Shown here piece by piece: positions 1 through 9,574 of a DNA stretch of 28,592 nt. The translations under genes and the position numbers were made by a program. The stretch spans positions 5,785 to 34,376 of the forward strand of contig CAYLZR010000003.1 in assembly GCA_964388145.1 (NCBI GenBank), written 5' to 3'. This DNA comes from an uncultured Gemmatimonadaceae bacterium (lineage in GTDB: Bacteria > Gemmatimonadota > Gemmatimonadetes > Gemmatimonadales > GWC2-71-9). Under the pieces are notes generated by a model. It worked only from the letters and a program-made list of their open reading frames with translations, was not told the origin of the DNA and did no database searches. Position 1 is the first letter of the stretch. Every line of letters begins with the position of its first letter.

Positions 1-164
1 CCGGCATCGCGTACCGTTCTGATATGACGTCGACGGGGCGCACGCTACCCATCGAGGCAGGCCTCAACTACCGATCGGCCTTTCCGGATCGGGCGGGTTG
101 ACGCCGAAAGCGAATAGCATGCAGCTGTATTTGCGGCTGTTTTACCGACTGTTTGGGGAGGGAA

Positions 165-249
165 CCGTGAGCCGTGAGCCGTGAGCCGTGTGCCGCGGTA
201 GAGGCCCCCAACTGCTCACGGCTTACGGCTCACGGCTCACGACTCACCG
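165..249. repeat. Inverted pair of tandem heptamer arrays (CCGTGAG)x4 ... (CTCACGG)x4-5
   Basis: Read directly. Left arm 165-192, 22-nt spacer, right arm 215-249. The last right-arm unit contains the recN stop codon. Confidence 0.95.
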
Positions 250-1935
250 CCTTACCGACGTTTCTGTTCGACCTTCCGACTGTCCGACCAACTCTCGGGC
301 ATGCTGCAACAAGCCGGGATCCTCGCTGTCTCCCAACATGCGAGCGATTTCTTTGACTCTGTCCTCGCCGCTCAAGACTTCGACGCTTGCCGTCGCCACT
401 CCACCCTCCTCCCCCTTGGTCACTTTAACGTGATGGCTTGCGCGGGCGGCGATCTGCGGCAAGTGGGTGATCACCAGCACCTGACGAGACTCGGCGACCT
501 GGTCCAAAGCGTCGGCAATCTTTGAGCCGGTGGCACTACCAACGCCCTGATCCACCTCGTCGAACACGAGCGTTTGCACCACGTCGTGCGCAGCCAGGAC
601 CACCTTCAGCGCGAGCATGATGCGCGACATCTCGCCACCACTCGCAACCTGGGCAACCGGACGTGGGTCGAGACCTTTGTTGAGTTGCACGACGAACGTC
701 ACGTCTTCCCGGCCATTGGGGCCAACCTTGTCGAGCGTCCGGAACTCTGCCATGAATGTCGCGCCGGGCATCCCCAGCGCCGGCATCAATTGTTCGACTT
801 CCACACTGAGGCGCCCCGCCGCCGCTTGTCGCGTTTCCGTCAACGAGACCGCCGCCTCGCCGAGCCGCTGCTCGGCGTCGGCGCACCGGTCGGCGATGTA
901 TGCAAGATCCAGATCAGCAGTATCCAACAAGTCCAGCTCGCGACGCGCCTCGTCCCCCGTCTGCAACACGGCGTCTATGGTCGAGCCGTACTTTTGCAGC
1001 AGACGGTAAATGCGGTCGCGGCGCTGTTCGACCTCAGCCAACCTTCCCGGGTCACGCTCGATCGACGCCGAGTATGCCCGAACCTCACGAGCTAATTCTC
1101 CGATGTGGGCGATGGCGGCTTCCACGAGTTCGTTCCAGCGAGCCACGCTCTCATCGATACGTTCCAACTGATCCAGCGCCTTACGTACCGCACCCATCAC
1201 GTTTTCCGCGCTCGACTCTGGTTCGCCATCGAGCAGCTCGGTGATTTGATCCGAAAGACGTGTCAGTTCCTCGACGTTACCGAGCCGCTTCGCCTCGGTC
1301 GTGAGGGTGTCGTCTTCGCCAGGCTTGGGATCGGCGTCTTCGATCTCTTTTGCGACGTGGCGCAGGTAATCGGCGCGCTTCATGACTTCGTCGCGGCGTG
1401 CAATCAGCTCGGTTTCCTTTCCCTTTAATTCGGACAGCTCCCGATGGATTTCCTTCACGTGGCGGCGCTCCTCACCCGCCCCACCGAAGGCGTCGAGGAT
1501 GTCGCGCTGTGCGGCCGGCCGCAGGAGCGATTGGGCTTCGTGCTGTCCGTGGAGATCTACGAGCGAGCGACCCAGCTTGGACAGCACACCGACGGTCGTG
1601 GGACTCCCGTTGGCCCAGGCCCGATTCCGGCCTTCGGCGTTGATGTCCCGCCGCACGATGAGCATGCCTTCGTCGATCTCGACACCGGCCTCGTCCGCCG
1701 ACGCGTGCACGTGCGCCGCGCGGCCGAGTTCGAAGGCCGCCTCCACGACCGCCCGCGGGGCACCAGGGCGAATGACGTCGGTATTGGCGCGCTCGCCCAG
1801 CAGCAAGCCCAGCGCGTCGATGAGGATGGATTTCCCCGCCCCGGTTTCACCGGTCAGCACGTTCAGACCGGGTTGCAGAAGAAGTGTAGAGTCAGAGATG
1901 ACGGCGAGGTCGCGGACGCGGAGCTCGGTTAGCAC
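244..1935 (-). CDS. recN: DNA repair protein RecN (563 aa from GTG at 1935)
   Basis: Begins (M)LTELRVRDLAVI. Has Walker A GETGAGKS, signature SGGEMSR, Walker B LVFDEVD and ITHLPQIA. The track ORF's extension to 2253 is only overlap with nadK. Confidence 0.97.
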   Translation of the reverse strand: MLTELRVRDLAVISDSTLLLQPGLNVLTGETGAGKSILIDALGLLLGERANTDVIRPGAPRAVVEAAFELGRAAHVHASADEAGVEIDEGMLIVRRDINAEGRNRAWANGSPTTVGVLSKLGRSLVDLHGQHEAQSLLRPAAQRDILDAFGGAGEERRHVKEIHRELSELKGKETELIARRDEVMKRADYLRHVAKEIEDADPKPGEDDTLTTEAKRLGNVEELTRLSDQITELLDGEPESSAENVMGAVRKALDQLERIDESVARWNELVEAAIAHIGELAREVRAYSASIERDPGRLAEVEQRRDRIYRLLQKYGSTIDAVLQTGDEARRELDLLDTADLDLAYIADRCADAEQRLGEAAVSLTETRQAAAGRLSVEVEQLMPALGMPGATFMAEFRTLDKVGPNGREDVTFVVQLNKGLDPRPVAQVASGGEMSRIMLALKVVLAAHDVVQTLVFDEVDQGVGSATGSKIADALDQVAESRQVLVITHLPQIAARASHHVKVTKGEEGGVATASVEVLSGEDRVKEIARMLGDSEDPGLLQHARELVGQSEGRTETSVRR

Positions 1936-1936
1936 A

Positions 1937-2803
1937 TCACACCCTTTCGCGATCGCTAAGGTCTCCCCATTGTAGCTTGCTGCGCACCCGGTCGAAGAAC
2001 CCTTCTGTCCCCAACCGTACCATTTGTACGGGATCCTCAGCGGCTTTGACGCACACCGCACTCCCGGGTTCCAGGGTCTTGTCCCACTGTCCGTCGTAAG
2101 AAACCAGAACGGAATCCGTATACGGTGAGAGCTGCTCGATCCGGATGGCCGCCGAGGACGGTACGACAATGGGCCGTACCGCCAAGGTGTGTGGGCAAAT
2201 GGCGGTGACGAGCAAACTTTCCACGCCCGGAACCACGATGGGGCCGCCCGCACTCATCGAGTACGCCGTGGACCCGGTGGGTGAAGCCACAATGATCCCG
2301 TCGGCACTGTACTGGCCGACGACCTCTCCGTCGACCGTCACCCGAAACCGCAACACCCGGGCGACGCCGGCTTTGTGCACGACAACATCGTTCAGTGTGA
2401 AGTCCGGAGCGCCTTCACCGTCCTCATCAACGATGGTCGTGACCAAAGCAAGGCGCGATTCGATCTCGTAATTCCCATCCGCGAACGCTTGAAGCGCGTC
2501 TTCCATGCCATCGAGAGGCGCCGTCGTGAGGAAGCCGACCCGCCCCATATTCACACCCATGATCGGAGCACGACGCCCGGCCAACACGTGCGCACCACGC
2601 AATAACGTGCCATCGCCGCCGAATGTCATGAGGAGGTCGAGGGATTGGGACTCGTCGAGGACCGGAACCGGACTCGGCCAGAGATCGGCGAGGGCCTTAT
2701 CGGTGTACAGCGTGAAGTTATGGGTCGGAGCGACGGCGAGAAGCCGGGCCAGGACTCCGGGAATTTCAGCGTACCGAGGGTTCCCGACGACCCCGAGGTT
2801 CAT
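1937..2803 (-). CDS. nadK: NAD(+) kinase
   Basis: Has GGDGT, GRVGFL, LNDVVV, DGIIVASPTGSTAYSMSAGGP. ATGA overlap with the dxs stop. Confidence 0.97.
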   Translation of the reverse strand: MNLGVVGNPRYAEIPGVLARLLAVAPTHNFTLYTDKALADLWPSPVPVLDESQSLDLLMTFGGDGTLLRGAHVLAGRRAPIMGVNMGRVGFLTTAPLDGMEDALQAFADGNYEIESRLALVTTIVDEDGEGAPDFTLNDVVVHKAGVARVLRFRVTVDGEVVGQYSADGIIVASPTGSTAYSMSAGGPIVVPGVESLLVTAICPHTLAVRPIVVPSSAAIRIEQLSPYTDSVLVSYDGQWDKTLEPGSAVCVKAAEDPVQMVRLGTEGFFDRVRSKLQWGDLSDRERV

Positions 2804-4704
2804 GCTGTTGAAAGGCTCTCCTCACCGGCCCGTGCACGCACACGCTCCGCGATACCTTCCACGCTCAACCCGACTGACGCCAACTGTGAAGACCGCGGCG
2901 CGTGTTCGTACGTCCGATCGGGAGCACCCATCACGCTTACCCGCACGTCTGGCGCCATCCTGTGAACGATAGAAGACAGATACGAACCGAACCCGTTCAC
3001 GACGGTTCCGTCTTCAACGGTCACGAGGAACCGATGGTCGGCAACGATGGTCTGCAACATGTCTCGGTCGATGGGCTTGATGAAACGGCAGTTGACGACT
3101 GAAATATCGAGGCCGTCGGCTGCGAGAAGTTCGGCCGCTTCCATCGCCGGGTCGCACATCACACCGACCGCGAGAACCGCGCAGTCTTTCCCCTGACGGA
3201 GCATCTCCCAAGTTCCATACTCTACGGCGCCCACTTCGGCCGCGGGAGGGGCGGCGGCGGGAGCATTGTCTCTCGGGTAACGCAGGCTGAACGGTCCGTC
3301 CTTATGTGCGAGCGCGCACCGCAGCAACCCGATCAACTCGGCGCCGTCCCTGGGCTGCGTCACCGTCATGTTGGGTACGGCCAGGAGATAGGCGATGTCG
3401 TACAACCCCATGTGCGTTTGGCCGTCGGCTCCGACCATGCCCGCCCGATCCATGCAGAAGATGACCGGCAGCTTCTGTATTGCGACATCGTGGATGATGC
3501 TGTCGTACGCACGCTGCAGAAAAGTCGAGTAGATCGCGAGAATCGGTCGAATACCTTGCGTGGCCAGACCCGCGGCGAACGTCGTGCCGTGCCCCTCGGC
3601 GATCCCCACGTCGAAGAACCGCTCAGGCCATTTCTTCTGGAAGATGTTCGTTCCCGTACCCGACGGCATCGCCGCGGTAATGGCAACGAGTTCGGGGTGT
3701 TCGGCGGCCAGCTCGGTAATCGCGGTGCCAAAAACCTTCGTCCACGCCGGAGGGCTTTTCCCCTTTGACGGCTTGAGCTCTCCGGTGACCGGATCGTATG
3801 GCTTGCGAGCGTGAAATTTCTCGACGTCGGGCTCGTGTAGCGGGAATCCTTTGCCCTTCTCCGTCAACACGTGTACGACGAGCGGTCCGGTCACGCTCTT
3901 GGCCGTCTTGAACGTATTGATCATCGCCGCAATGTCGTGCCCGTCAATGGGTCCGAAATACCGGAAACCCAACTCTTGGAACAGCATTCCGGGCGACCAG
4001 AGATTCTTGACGCTCTCCTCGATGTTCCTCGCGAAATCGACCATACGCTTTCCGCCGACGAACTTGGAGGTCCTGCTGATGATGTTCTTCGCAATCTCGC
4101 GGAGCTTGTTCGCCATGGCCGACGCTTCGATCGACCCAAAGTATTTGCTGATCGCGCCGACGTTGGGTGCGATGGACATTCCGTTGTCGTTGACCACCAT
4201 GATGATGTTACGGTCGGAATGGCCGGCATTGTTCATTCCTTCATACGGCATGCCGCTGGTCAAAGCGCCGTCGCCCACGACGGCCACGACATGATGATCC
4301 TCGCCCTTTATGTCGCGGGCCGCCGCCATGCCCAGCGCAGCCGACATTGCCGTACCCGCGTGGCCGGCACCGAACTGATCGTGCTCGCTCTCGGTACGAC
4401 GGAGGAAGCCCGAAAGGCCACCCTCCTGACGCAACGTTGGGAGACGGTCGCTTCGACCGGTGAGGATCTTCCAGGGGTAGCCCTGGTGCCCGACGTCCCA
4501 CAGGATCTTGTCGCGCGGGGAATCGAAGCTGTACAGGAGAGCCACCGTCAGTTCGACCACGCCGAGGCCGGCCCCAATGTGCCCCCCGGTTTCGGAAACA
4601 ACGTCGATGAGCCGCTCACGAACCTCGTCAGCCAGCTGCTGGAGCTGTTCGCGCGGGAGCCGCTGCACGTCGTCAGGGCCGCGAATGGATTCCAAGAGCG
4701 ACAT
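2800..4704 (-). CDS. dxs: 1-deoxy-D-xylulose-5-phosphate synthase
   Basis: Has GGHIGAGLG, WDVGHQ, the TPP motif GDGALTSG...NDNGMSI, DVGIAEGH and YSTFLQRAYD. Confidence 0.98.
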   Translation of the reverse strand: MSLLESIRGPDDVQRLPREQLQQLADEVRERLIDVVSETGGHIGAGLGVVELTVALLYSFDSPRDKILWDVGHQGYPWKILTGRSDRLPTLRQEGGLSGFLRRTESEHDQFGAGHAGTAMSAALGMAAARDIKGEDHHVVAVVGDGALTSGMPYEGMNNAGHSDRNIIMVVNDNGMSIAPNVGAISKYFGSIEASAMANKLREIAKNIISRTSKFVGGKRMVDFARNIEESVKNLWSPGMLFQELGFRYFGPIDGHDIAAMINTFKTAKSVTGPLVVHVLTEKGKGFPLHEPDVEKFHARKPYDPVTGELKPSKGKSPPAWTKVFGTAITELAAEHPELVAITAAMPSGTGTNIFQKKWPERFFDVGIAEGHGTTFAAGLATQGIRPILAIYSTFLQRAYDSIIHDVAIQKLPVIFCMDRAGMVGADGQTHMGLYDIAYLLAVPNMTVTQPRDGAELIGLLRCALAHKDGPFSLRYPRDNAPAAAPPAAEVGAVEYGTWEMLRQGKDCAVLAVGVMCDPAMEAAELLAADGLDISVVNCRFIKPIDRDMLQTIVADHRFLVTVEDGTVVNGFGSYLSSIVHRMAPDVRVSVMGAPDRTYEHAPRSSQLASVGLSVEGIAERVRARAGEESLSTA

Positions 4705-4734
4705 GTGGTTTCGTCGATTCCTTTCGTGACGTCG

Positions 4735-5640
4735 TTACGATCGCCGATCTACAACGAACTTAGCGAGACTACCGAGGAGAGGGGAGTCTATCCCGCCGCC
4801 CCCCAGATGGTCCATGGCACGGCGGACGGCGTCCTGAGCCTCTTTCATGGCCGTCTCGGTGCCCAACAGGGTGGCGAAGGTGGCCTTGTGCTGCCGGGCG
4901 TCCTTTCCGGCGGTCTTCCCAAGCTCCTGCGAGGTGGCCGTGGCGTCCAATACGTCGTCGGCGATCTGGAAGGCTACGCCGATCTCGCGGCCATAGGCCC
5001 GAACCGATGCGAGCCGAGCCGCGGTCGCTCCGGCAGCGATGGCCCCCATGGCAGCGCTCGCCGTGATCAGGGCGCCGGTTTTACGACGGTGGATCTCGCG
5101 CAGCTCGTCGAGCGAGATCGGGCGACCCTCGGCCTCGAGATCCAGCACCTGGCCTCCGATCATGCCGCTGGCACCGGCGGCCCGGAACAGCTCCATTCCG
5201 ATCTCGCCCATCGTCTCGGTATCGAGGCCCAGCCGCTCGCATCCCGCGGCCAGGACGCGCGCCGCGAGGGGCACCATCGCCAATCCGGCCTCCACGGCCA
5301 CGCCGACCCCGAACTTTCGATGAGTCGTGGGCCGGCCGCGCCGAAGATCGTCATCGTCCATGCACGGAAGGTCATCGTGGACCAGCGAGTAGGTGTGGAC
5401 GACTTCGACCGCCGCCGCGATTTCGGACACGTCACCCGTTCCGCCAAGCTCCCGGTAAACTCCCAGGACCAAGGCCGGGCGGAGACGTTTGCCCGGGGCG
5501 GTCAGGCTGTACTCCACCGCCTCGCCGACAGGTTCGGGCAGATCGTCGCGGACCCGATCGCACCAGTCCTCCAACACCGCGTTGGCAGCGTCGCGCGCTT
5601 CGGCGAGGAACGTTACCAGATCAATCGTCGATGTCGTCAC
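4735..5640 (-). CDS. ispA: Polyprenyl (farnesyl/geranylgeranyl) diphosphate synthase
   Basis: Has GKRLRP, FARM LVHDDLPCMDDDDLRRG and SARM QIADDVLD. The start is either GTG 5640 (GGAG 9 nt upstream) or ATG 5655. Confidence 0.95.
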   Translation of the reverse strand: MTTSTIDLVTFLAEARDAANAVLEDWCDRVRDDLPEPVGEAVEYSLTAPGKRLRPALVLGVYRELGGTGDVSEIAAAVEVVHTYSLVHDDLPCMDDDDLRRGRPTTHRKFGVGVAVEAGLAMVPLAARVLAAGCERLGLDTETMGEIGMELFRAAGASGMIGGQVLDLEAEGRPISLDELREIHRRKTGALITASAAMGAIAAGATAARLASVRAYGREIGVAFQIADDVLDATATSQELGKTAGKDARQHKATFATLLGTETAMKEAQDAVRRAMDHLGGGGIDSPLLGSLAKFVVDRRS

Positions 5641-5845
5641 TCGGGAGTGCTCCATCGGCCGCCTTCAGGACTTTCTTGACGGTGAGTTCGGTGTCGTCGA
5701 GCAGTTTGCGGGCATTCTTGAGTCGCTTGACTCCCTCTTGGAACAATTCCAGGGCTTCATCGAGATCCACCTCGGAGTCTTCCAACGTCCGGACAATCGT
5801 TTCGAGCCGTTCCAGCTCTGTTGCGAAGGACAAACGCTTCGTCAC
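5621..5845 (-). CDS. xseB: Exodeoxyribonuclease VII small subunit
   Basis: 74 aa with SFATELERLETIVRTLE...LDEALELFQEG. Lies between xseA and ispA, with a GTGA overlap with xseA. Confidence 0.95.
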   Translation of the reverse strand: MTKRLSFATELERLETIVRTLEDSEVDLDEALELFQEGVKRLKNARKLLDDTELTVKKVLKAADGALPSDDIDD

Positions 5846-7011
5846 GACTCGTCTCCTGCAACGCGCGCGCGCACGTCACCATCGGTCACGGTAAGACGGA
5901 AATGCGTTCCTTTCGCAAAGCTCGTGACCGATTTGAGGACTGTTCCCTCGTCATTCCGCGCCACGGCGAACCCGCGCTCGAGCACCTTGAGCGGGCTCAA
6001 CGCATCCAACTTCGCCGATAGCGTGGCAAGGCGTGTGCCGCGCTCTGCGATTTGTCCCATGGTGGCCACCTGCAGCCGGTCCGCCGTCCTCGCGAGACGT
6101 TCGGCCCCAAAGCGTGTCCGGTTGGTGAGCGAACGCCCCAACCGCTGTGCCAACACGGCGACCGTGCGAGCAGTCTCACGGCGATCCGGCACCACCGTCT
6201 CGCCGGCCGCCGACGGGGTCGGAGCTCGAACATCCGCAACGAGATCAGTCAGCGCAACGTCCTCTTCGTGTCCCACTGCCGAGATGATGGGAACCTCTGC
6301 TGCCGCAACGGCTCGTGCGACCTTCTCGCTGTTGAACGCCCATAGATCCTCGCGCGACCCCCCACCCCTACCGACAATAGCCACGTCGACGACGATCTTA
6401 TTGAGCAGTCCGAGCGCACGACACAACTCCCGCTCGGCGCTGTCGCCTTGCACGCGCGTCGGAAGCAACAGGATTTCCACCGCAGGCCAGCGCCGCTCGA
6501 TCACGGTGCGAATGTCGTGCAACGCCGCACCGTCGGGACTCGTGATGACAGCGATGCGGGAGGGAAACCGCGGCAGCGGACGGCGCCGTGCCGGATCGAG
6601 TAACCCGTCGCGTTCTAGTGCCGCTTTGGCTTGTTGTAGGCGCAGCTCCCATTGCCCGTCGGCGTCGGTTGGTATGAGTTTCTTGACGGTGATGCGAAAC
6701 TCGCCGCGCTCTTCCCACAGCGTGGGCCGGCCTTCCGCATACACTTGCACGCCGTCTTCAAGTGGCTGCGAGAGACGTTGATTGTCCGATCGCCACATGA
6801 CGCACCGGACCTGCGCCTCGGCATCTCGCAGCGAGAAATACCAGTGGCCGCTTCGGTATGCCTTGAAATTGGCGACCTCGCCCTTGATCCAAAGCGGATG
6901 AAAGCCGGCTTCGACCAATTGTCGGGCGTGTCGCGTGACCTGTGCGACCGTCCACGCGCCGTCGGAAGATGCCGGGGCGGCGGAAAAGAAGAGGTCTAGT
7001 TCGCCGCCCAA
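5842..7011 (-). CDS. xseA: Exodeoxyribonuclease VII large subunit
   Basis: Has the OB-fold WIKGEVANF...SGHWYFSLRD, GRGGGSREDLWAFN and SAVGHEED...PTPSAAGE. TTG start; the exact start is uncertain. Confidence 0.96.
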   Translation of the reverse strand: MGGELDLFFSAAPASSDGAWTVAQVTRHARQLVEAGFHPLWIKGEVANFKAYRSGHWYFSLRDAEAQVRCVMWRSDNQRLSQPLEDGVQVYAEGRPTLWEERGEFRITVKKLIPTDADGQWELRLQQAKAALERDGLLDPARRRPLPRFPSRIAVITSPDGAALHDIRTVIERRWPAVEILLLPTRVQGDSAERELCRALGLLNKIVVDVAIVGRGGGSREDLWAFNSEKVARAVAAAEVPIISAVGHEEDVALTDLVADVRAPTPSAAGETVVPDRRETARTVAVLAQRLGRSLTNRTRFGAERLARTADRLQVATMGQIAERGTRLATLSAKLDALSPLKVLERGFAVARNDEGTVLKSVTSFAKGTHFRLTVTDGDVRARVAGDES

Positions 7012-7883
7012 CGCTTTGCGGCCTGAAGCGTGTTGTAGATCAACATCGTCACCGTCATGGGGCCGACACCGCCCGGGACCGGGCTGATGGCCGACGCCAC
7101 CTCCTTCGCAGCATCGAAATCCACGTCGCCTACCAAACGATATCCCCGCTCGCGTGTGGGGTCATCCACTCGATTGGTGCCCACGTCGATCACTACGGCA
7201 CCGGGACGCACCATGTCACCCTTGACGAACTCCGGTTGCCCGATGGCCACGATCAGAATGTCCGCCAGCCTGGTGATCTTCCCAATGTCCTTCGTACGGG
7301 AGTGACACACGGTTACCGTGGCGTTGGCACCCTTCGCCTTTTGCATCAAGAGCGACGCGACGGGTTTCCCCACGATATTGGATCGCCCCACGATCACCGC
7401 GTGCGCCCCCGACACCTCCACACCGCTCCGAATCAACATCTGCTGCACACCGAAAGGGGTGGCCGGAGGAAACCCCGAATCGTCACCGACCATGACCTTC
7501 CCCACGTTGACCGGATGGAATCCGTCCACGTCCTTTCGCGGATCGATGCGCTGGAGCACCTTGCGGGAATCGATATGATCCGGCACAGGCAACTGGACGA
7601 TCATGCCGTGAATCGTCGGATCCTCGTTGAGACGATCTACCGTCGCCAGCAACTCGTCTTCCGACGTCGTGTCCGGCAAGATGACCGTCTCGCTGTGCAT
7701 GCCCATCTCCTCGCACGCCTTCCCTTTCATACGCACGTACACCTGACTCGCGGCGTCGTCGCCTACCAAGACGACCGCCAAGCCGGGCGTCATGCCCGCT
7801 GCCTTCAACTTGTCGACCTCGGGCTGCAGCTCCGCCCGAATCTCGGCCGCAATCTTTTTCCCGCTGATAATCTTAGCGGGCAA
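6996..7883 (-). CDS. folD: Bifunctional methylene-THF dehydrogenase/cyclohydrolase
   Basis: Has KDVDGFHP, VGRSNIVGKP, VIDVG and SPVPGGVGPMT. TTG start overlaps the rny stop. Confidence 0.97.
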   Translation of the reverse strand: MPAKIISGKKIAAEIRAELQPEVDKLKAAGMTPGLAVVLVGDDAASQVYVRMKGKACEEMGMHSETVILPDTTSEDELLATVDRLNEDPTIHGMIVQLPVPDHIDSRKVLQRIDPRKDVDGFHPVNVGKVMVGDDSGFPPATPFGVQQMLIRSGVEVSGAHAVIVGRSNIVGKPVASLLMQKAKGANATVTVCHSRTKDIGKITRLADILIVAIGQPEFVKGDMVRPGAVVIDVGTNRVDDPTRERGYRLVGDVDFDAAKEVASAISPVPGGVGPMTVTMLIYNTLQAAKRWAAN

Positions 7884-9450
7884 TGTCCACCGCTCTTGTC
7901 TCCCGTATAACGACCACTTTGATCTGTCCCGGATATTGAAGTTCTTCCTCTATCTTGCGTGCTATTTCTTCCGACATCTGTGCCGCCTGTTCGTCCTTCA
8001 CATCGTCCGGTGACACCACAATGCGAATTTCCCGACCTGCCTGAATTGCGTACGTTTTTTCCACGCCCGGAAAATTGTTCGCAATCTCTTCCAGCCGCGC
8101 CAATCGCTTGACGTAGGTCTCGAACGCTTCGCGCCGCGCACCGGGTCGCGCGCCACTCGCCGCATCGGCCGCTTGGACGATCACCGATATCGGTGTTTCA
8201 TGTGGCACGTCGTCGTGATGTGCTGCAATGCAATTGATGACAACAGGGTGCTCGCCGTACTTTGTGGCCACCTCGACGCCCAACTCGACGTGCGTCCCTT
8301 CGTGTTGGTGCGTCAGCACTTTACCGATGTCGTGCAGCAGCGCCCCACGCTTCGCCAGGTGGACATCCAATTTCAGTTCGGCCGCCATGATCCCAGCGAG
8401 CCAAGCTACTTCCTTGGAGTGTTGGTACATGTTCTGGCCGTACGACGTGCGGTACTTCATTCGTCCAACCATCTTCACCAACTCGGCGTGCATGCCGTGG
8501 ATCCCCAGCTCATACGTCGCCTGCTCGCCGGCTTCCACCAATTGCTGATCCACCTGCTCTCGCGCCTTGGCCACAATCTCCTCGATCCGGCCGGGATGAA
8601 TGCGGCCGTCGGAGATGAGTTGCTCGAGCGCGATGCGGGCCACCTCGCGCCGCACCGGATCGAAGCATGAAACCACCACGGTGTCGGGCGTGTCATCAAT
8701 GATGACGTCCACGCCGGTAGCCGTCTCGAAGGCTCGGATGTTTCGCCCCTCGCGACCGATGATGCGGCCTTTCATTTCATCATTGGGGAGAGGCACGGCC
8801 GAGACGGACATTTCGGACGTGTAATCGGATGCGATCCGCTGAACCGCGGTGGCAATGATTTTCTTCGCCTCGCGGTCCGCGTCGCGCTTGGCTTCTTCTC
8901 TCAGGTCTCGAATGATGGCCGCCGCTTCGCTGCGGCCGCGCTCTTCCGCCTCGCGGAGCAGTTGCGCCTTGGCCTCCTCGGCCGACATGCCCGAGAGCTG
9001 CTCGAGTTTCTGTCGATGTTTTTCGAGTGTCTCGGTGACCTCTTGTTCTCTCTGGTCGAGATGCCGTTCCTTATCTCGAACGGACTCATCGCGGCGCTGT
9101 AGATCGGTTTCCCGATCGTCGAGCCCCTTTCCCTTCTTATCGAGGTGGGTTTCGCGTTCCTCGACTCGACGCTCGATGCGCGAGATTTCCTCCCGCCGCC
9201 GTTTCTCGTCACGCTCCCATTCTTCGCGGGCCGCAATCACTTCTTCCTTGCCCGCCAAGATGGCCTCCGCCTTGGCCGCGTCGGCGCCGCGCTGCGCGTT
9301 CTCGAGCAAACGCTGTGCTTGCTGTTCGACCGACTTGCCTGCCGCCTCCCCCAACCGTCGTTCTATGCGGCGGCCGAACATGTAAAAAGCCGCCCCGGCC
9401 AGAACAACGGTCCCGAGTGCGGCTATTACTATGACAGCCACGTCTGACAT
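7873..9450 (-). CDS. rny: Ribonuclease Y
   Basis: N-terminal hydrophobic anchor, long coiled coil, KH motif KGRIIGREGRNIR and HD motif LLHDIGK. SD GGAG 7 nt upstream. Confidence 0.98.
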   Translation of the reverse strand: MSDVAVIVIAALGTVVLAGAAFYMFGRRIERRLGEAAGKSVEQQAQRLLENAQRGADAAKAEAILAGKEEVIAAREEWERDEKRRREEISRIERRVEERETHLDKKGKGLDDRETDLQRRDESVRDKERHLDQREQEVTETLEKHRQKLEQLSGMSAEEAKAQLLREAEERGRSEAAAIIRDLREEAKRDADREAKKIIATAVQRIASDYTSEMSVSAVPLPNDEMKGRIIGREGRNIRAFETATGVDVIIDDTPDTVVVSCFDPVRREVARIALEQLISDGRIHPGRIEEIVAKAREQVDQQLVEAGEQATYELGIHGMHAELVKMVGRMKYRTSYGQNMYQHSKEVAWLAGIMAAELKLDVHLAKRGALLHDIGKVLTHQHEGTHVELGVEVATKYGEHPVVINCIAAHHDDVPHETPISVIVQAADAASGARPGARREAFETYVKRLARLEEIANNFPGVEKTYAIQAGREIRIVVSPDDVKDEQAAQMSEEIARKIEEELQYPGQIKVVVIRETRAVDIAR

Positions 9451-9477
9451 GATCTATCTCCAGCGGTGCCACGCCGA

Positions 9478-9572
9478 TCCCTCGGGGGCGCCGCGTATGG
9501 CTTGAGTCACCACCTCCAGCCGGCCCGCGCGGCCGAAGACTCAAAAACTAGCCGTCGTCAGCAGATGAGGCA
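9478..9572 (-). ncRNA. Candidate structured RNA (short 6S-like rod, or rny 5' UTR element)
   Basis: Nested complementary segments on the minus strand: CCUC/GAGG, GCUG/CGGC, GGC/GCC, UUGAGUC/GACUCAA and CGGCC/GGCCG. Located directly downstream of zapA. Identity is inferred only. Confidence 0.35.
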
Positions 9573-9574
9573 AA

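Noticed and set aside
1-101. Possible partial CDS at the left edge: plus frame 3 (GIAYRSDMTSTGRTLPIEAGLNY...*, stop 99-101) or its exact antisense frame (MGSVRPVDVISERYAMP...)
   Set aside because: Both frames are open, too short and have no recognisable motif, so the strand cannot be decided from this window.
165-249. CRISPR-like interpretation of the repeat arrays
   Set aside because: The units are 7-10 bp and directly adjacent, with no unique spacers and no cas genes.
1936-2253. Apparent 106-aa N-terminal extension of RecN
   Set aside because: It is an alternative frame inside nadK. The family N-terminus begins at GTG 1935.
3871-5679. 602-aa plus-strand ORF
   Set aside because: Antisense shadow of dxs/ispA in high-GC DNA, with no motifs and an Arg/His/Gly-rich composition typical of shadows.
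5489-7910. Plus-strand ORFs of 430 aa and 322 aa
   Set aside because: They lie fully antisense to xseB, xseA and folD, with no recognisable domains.
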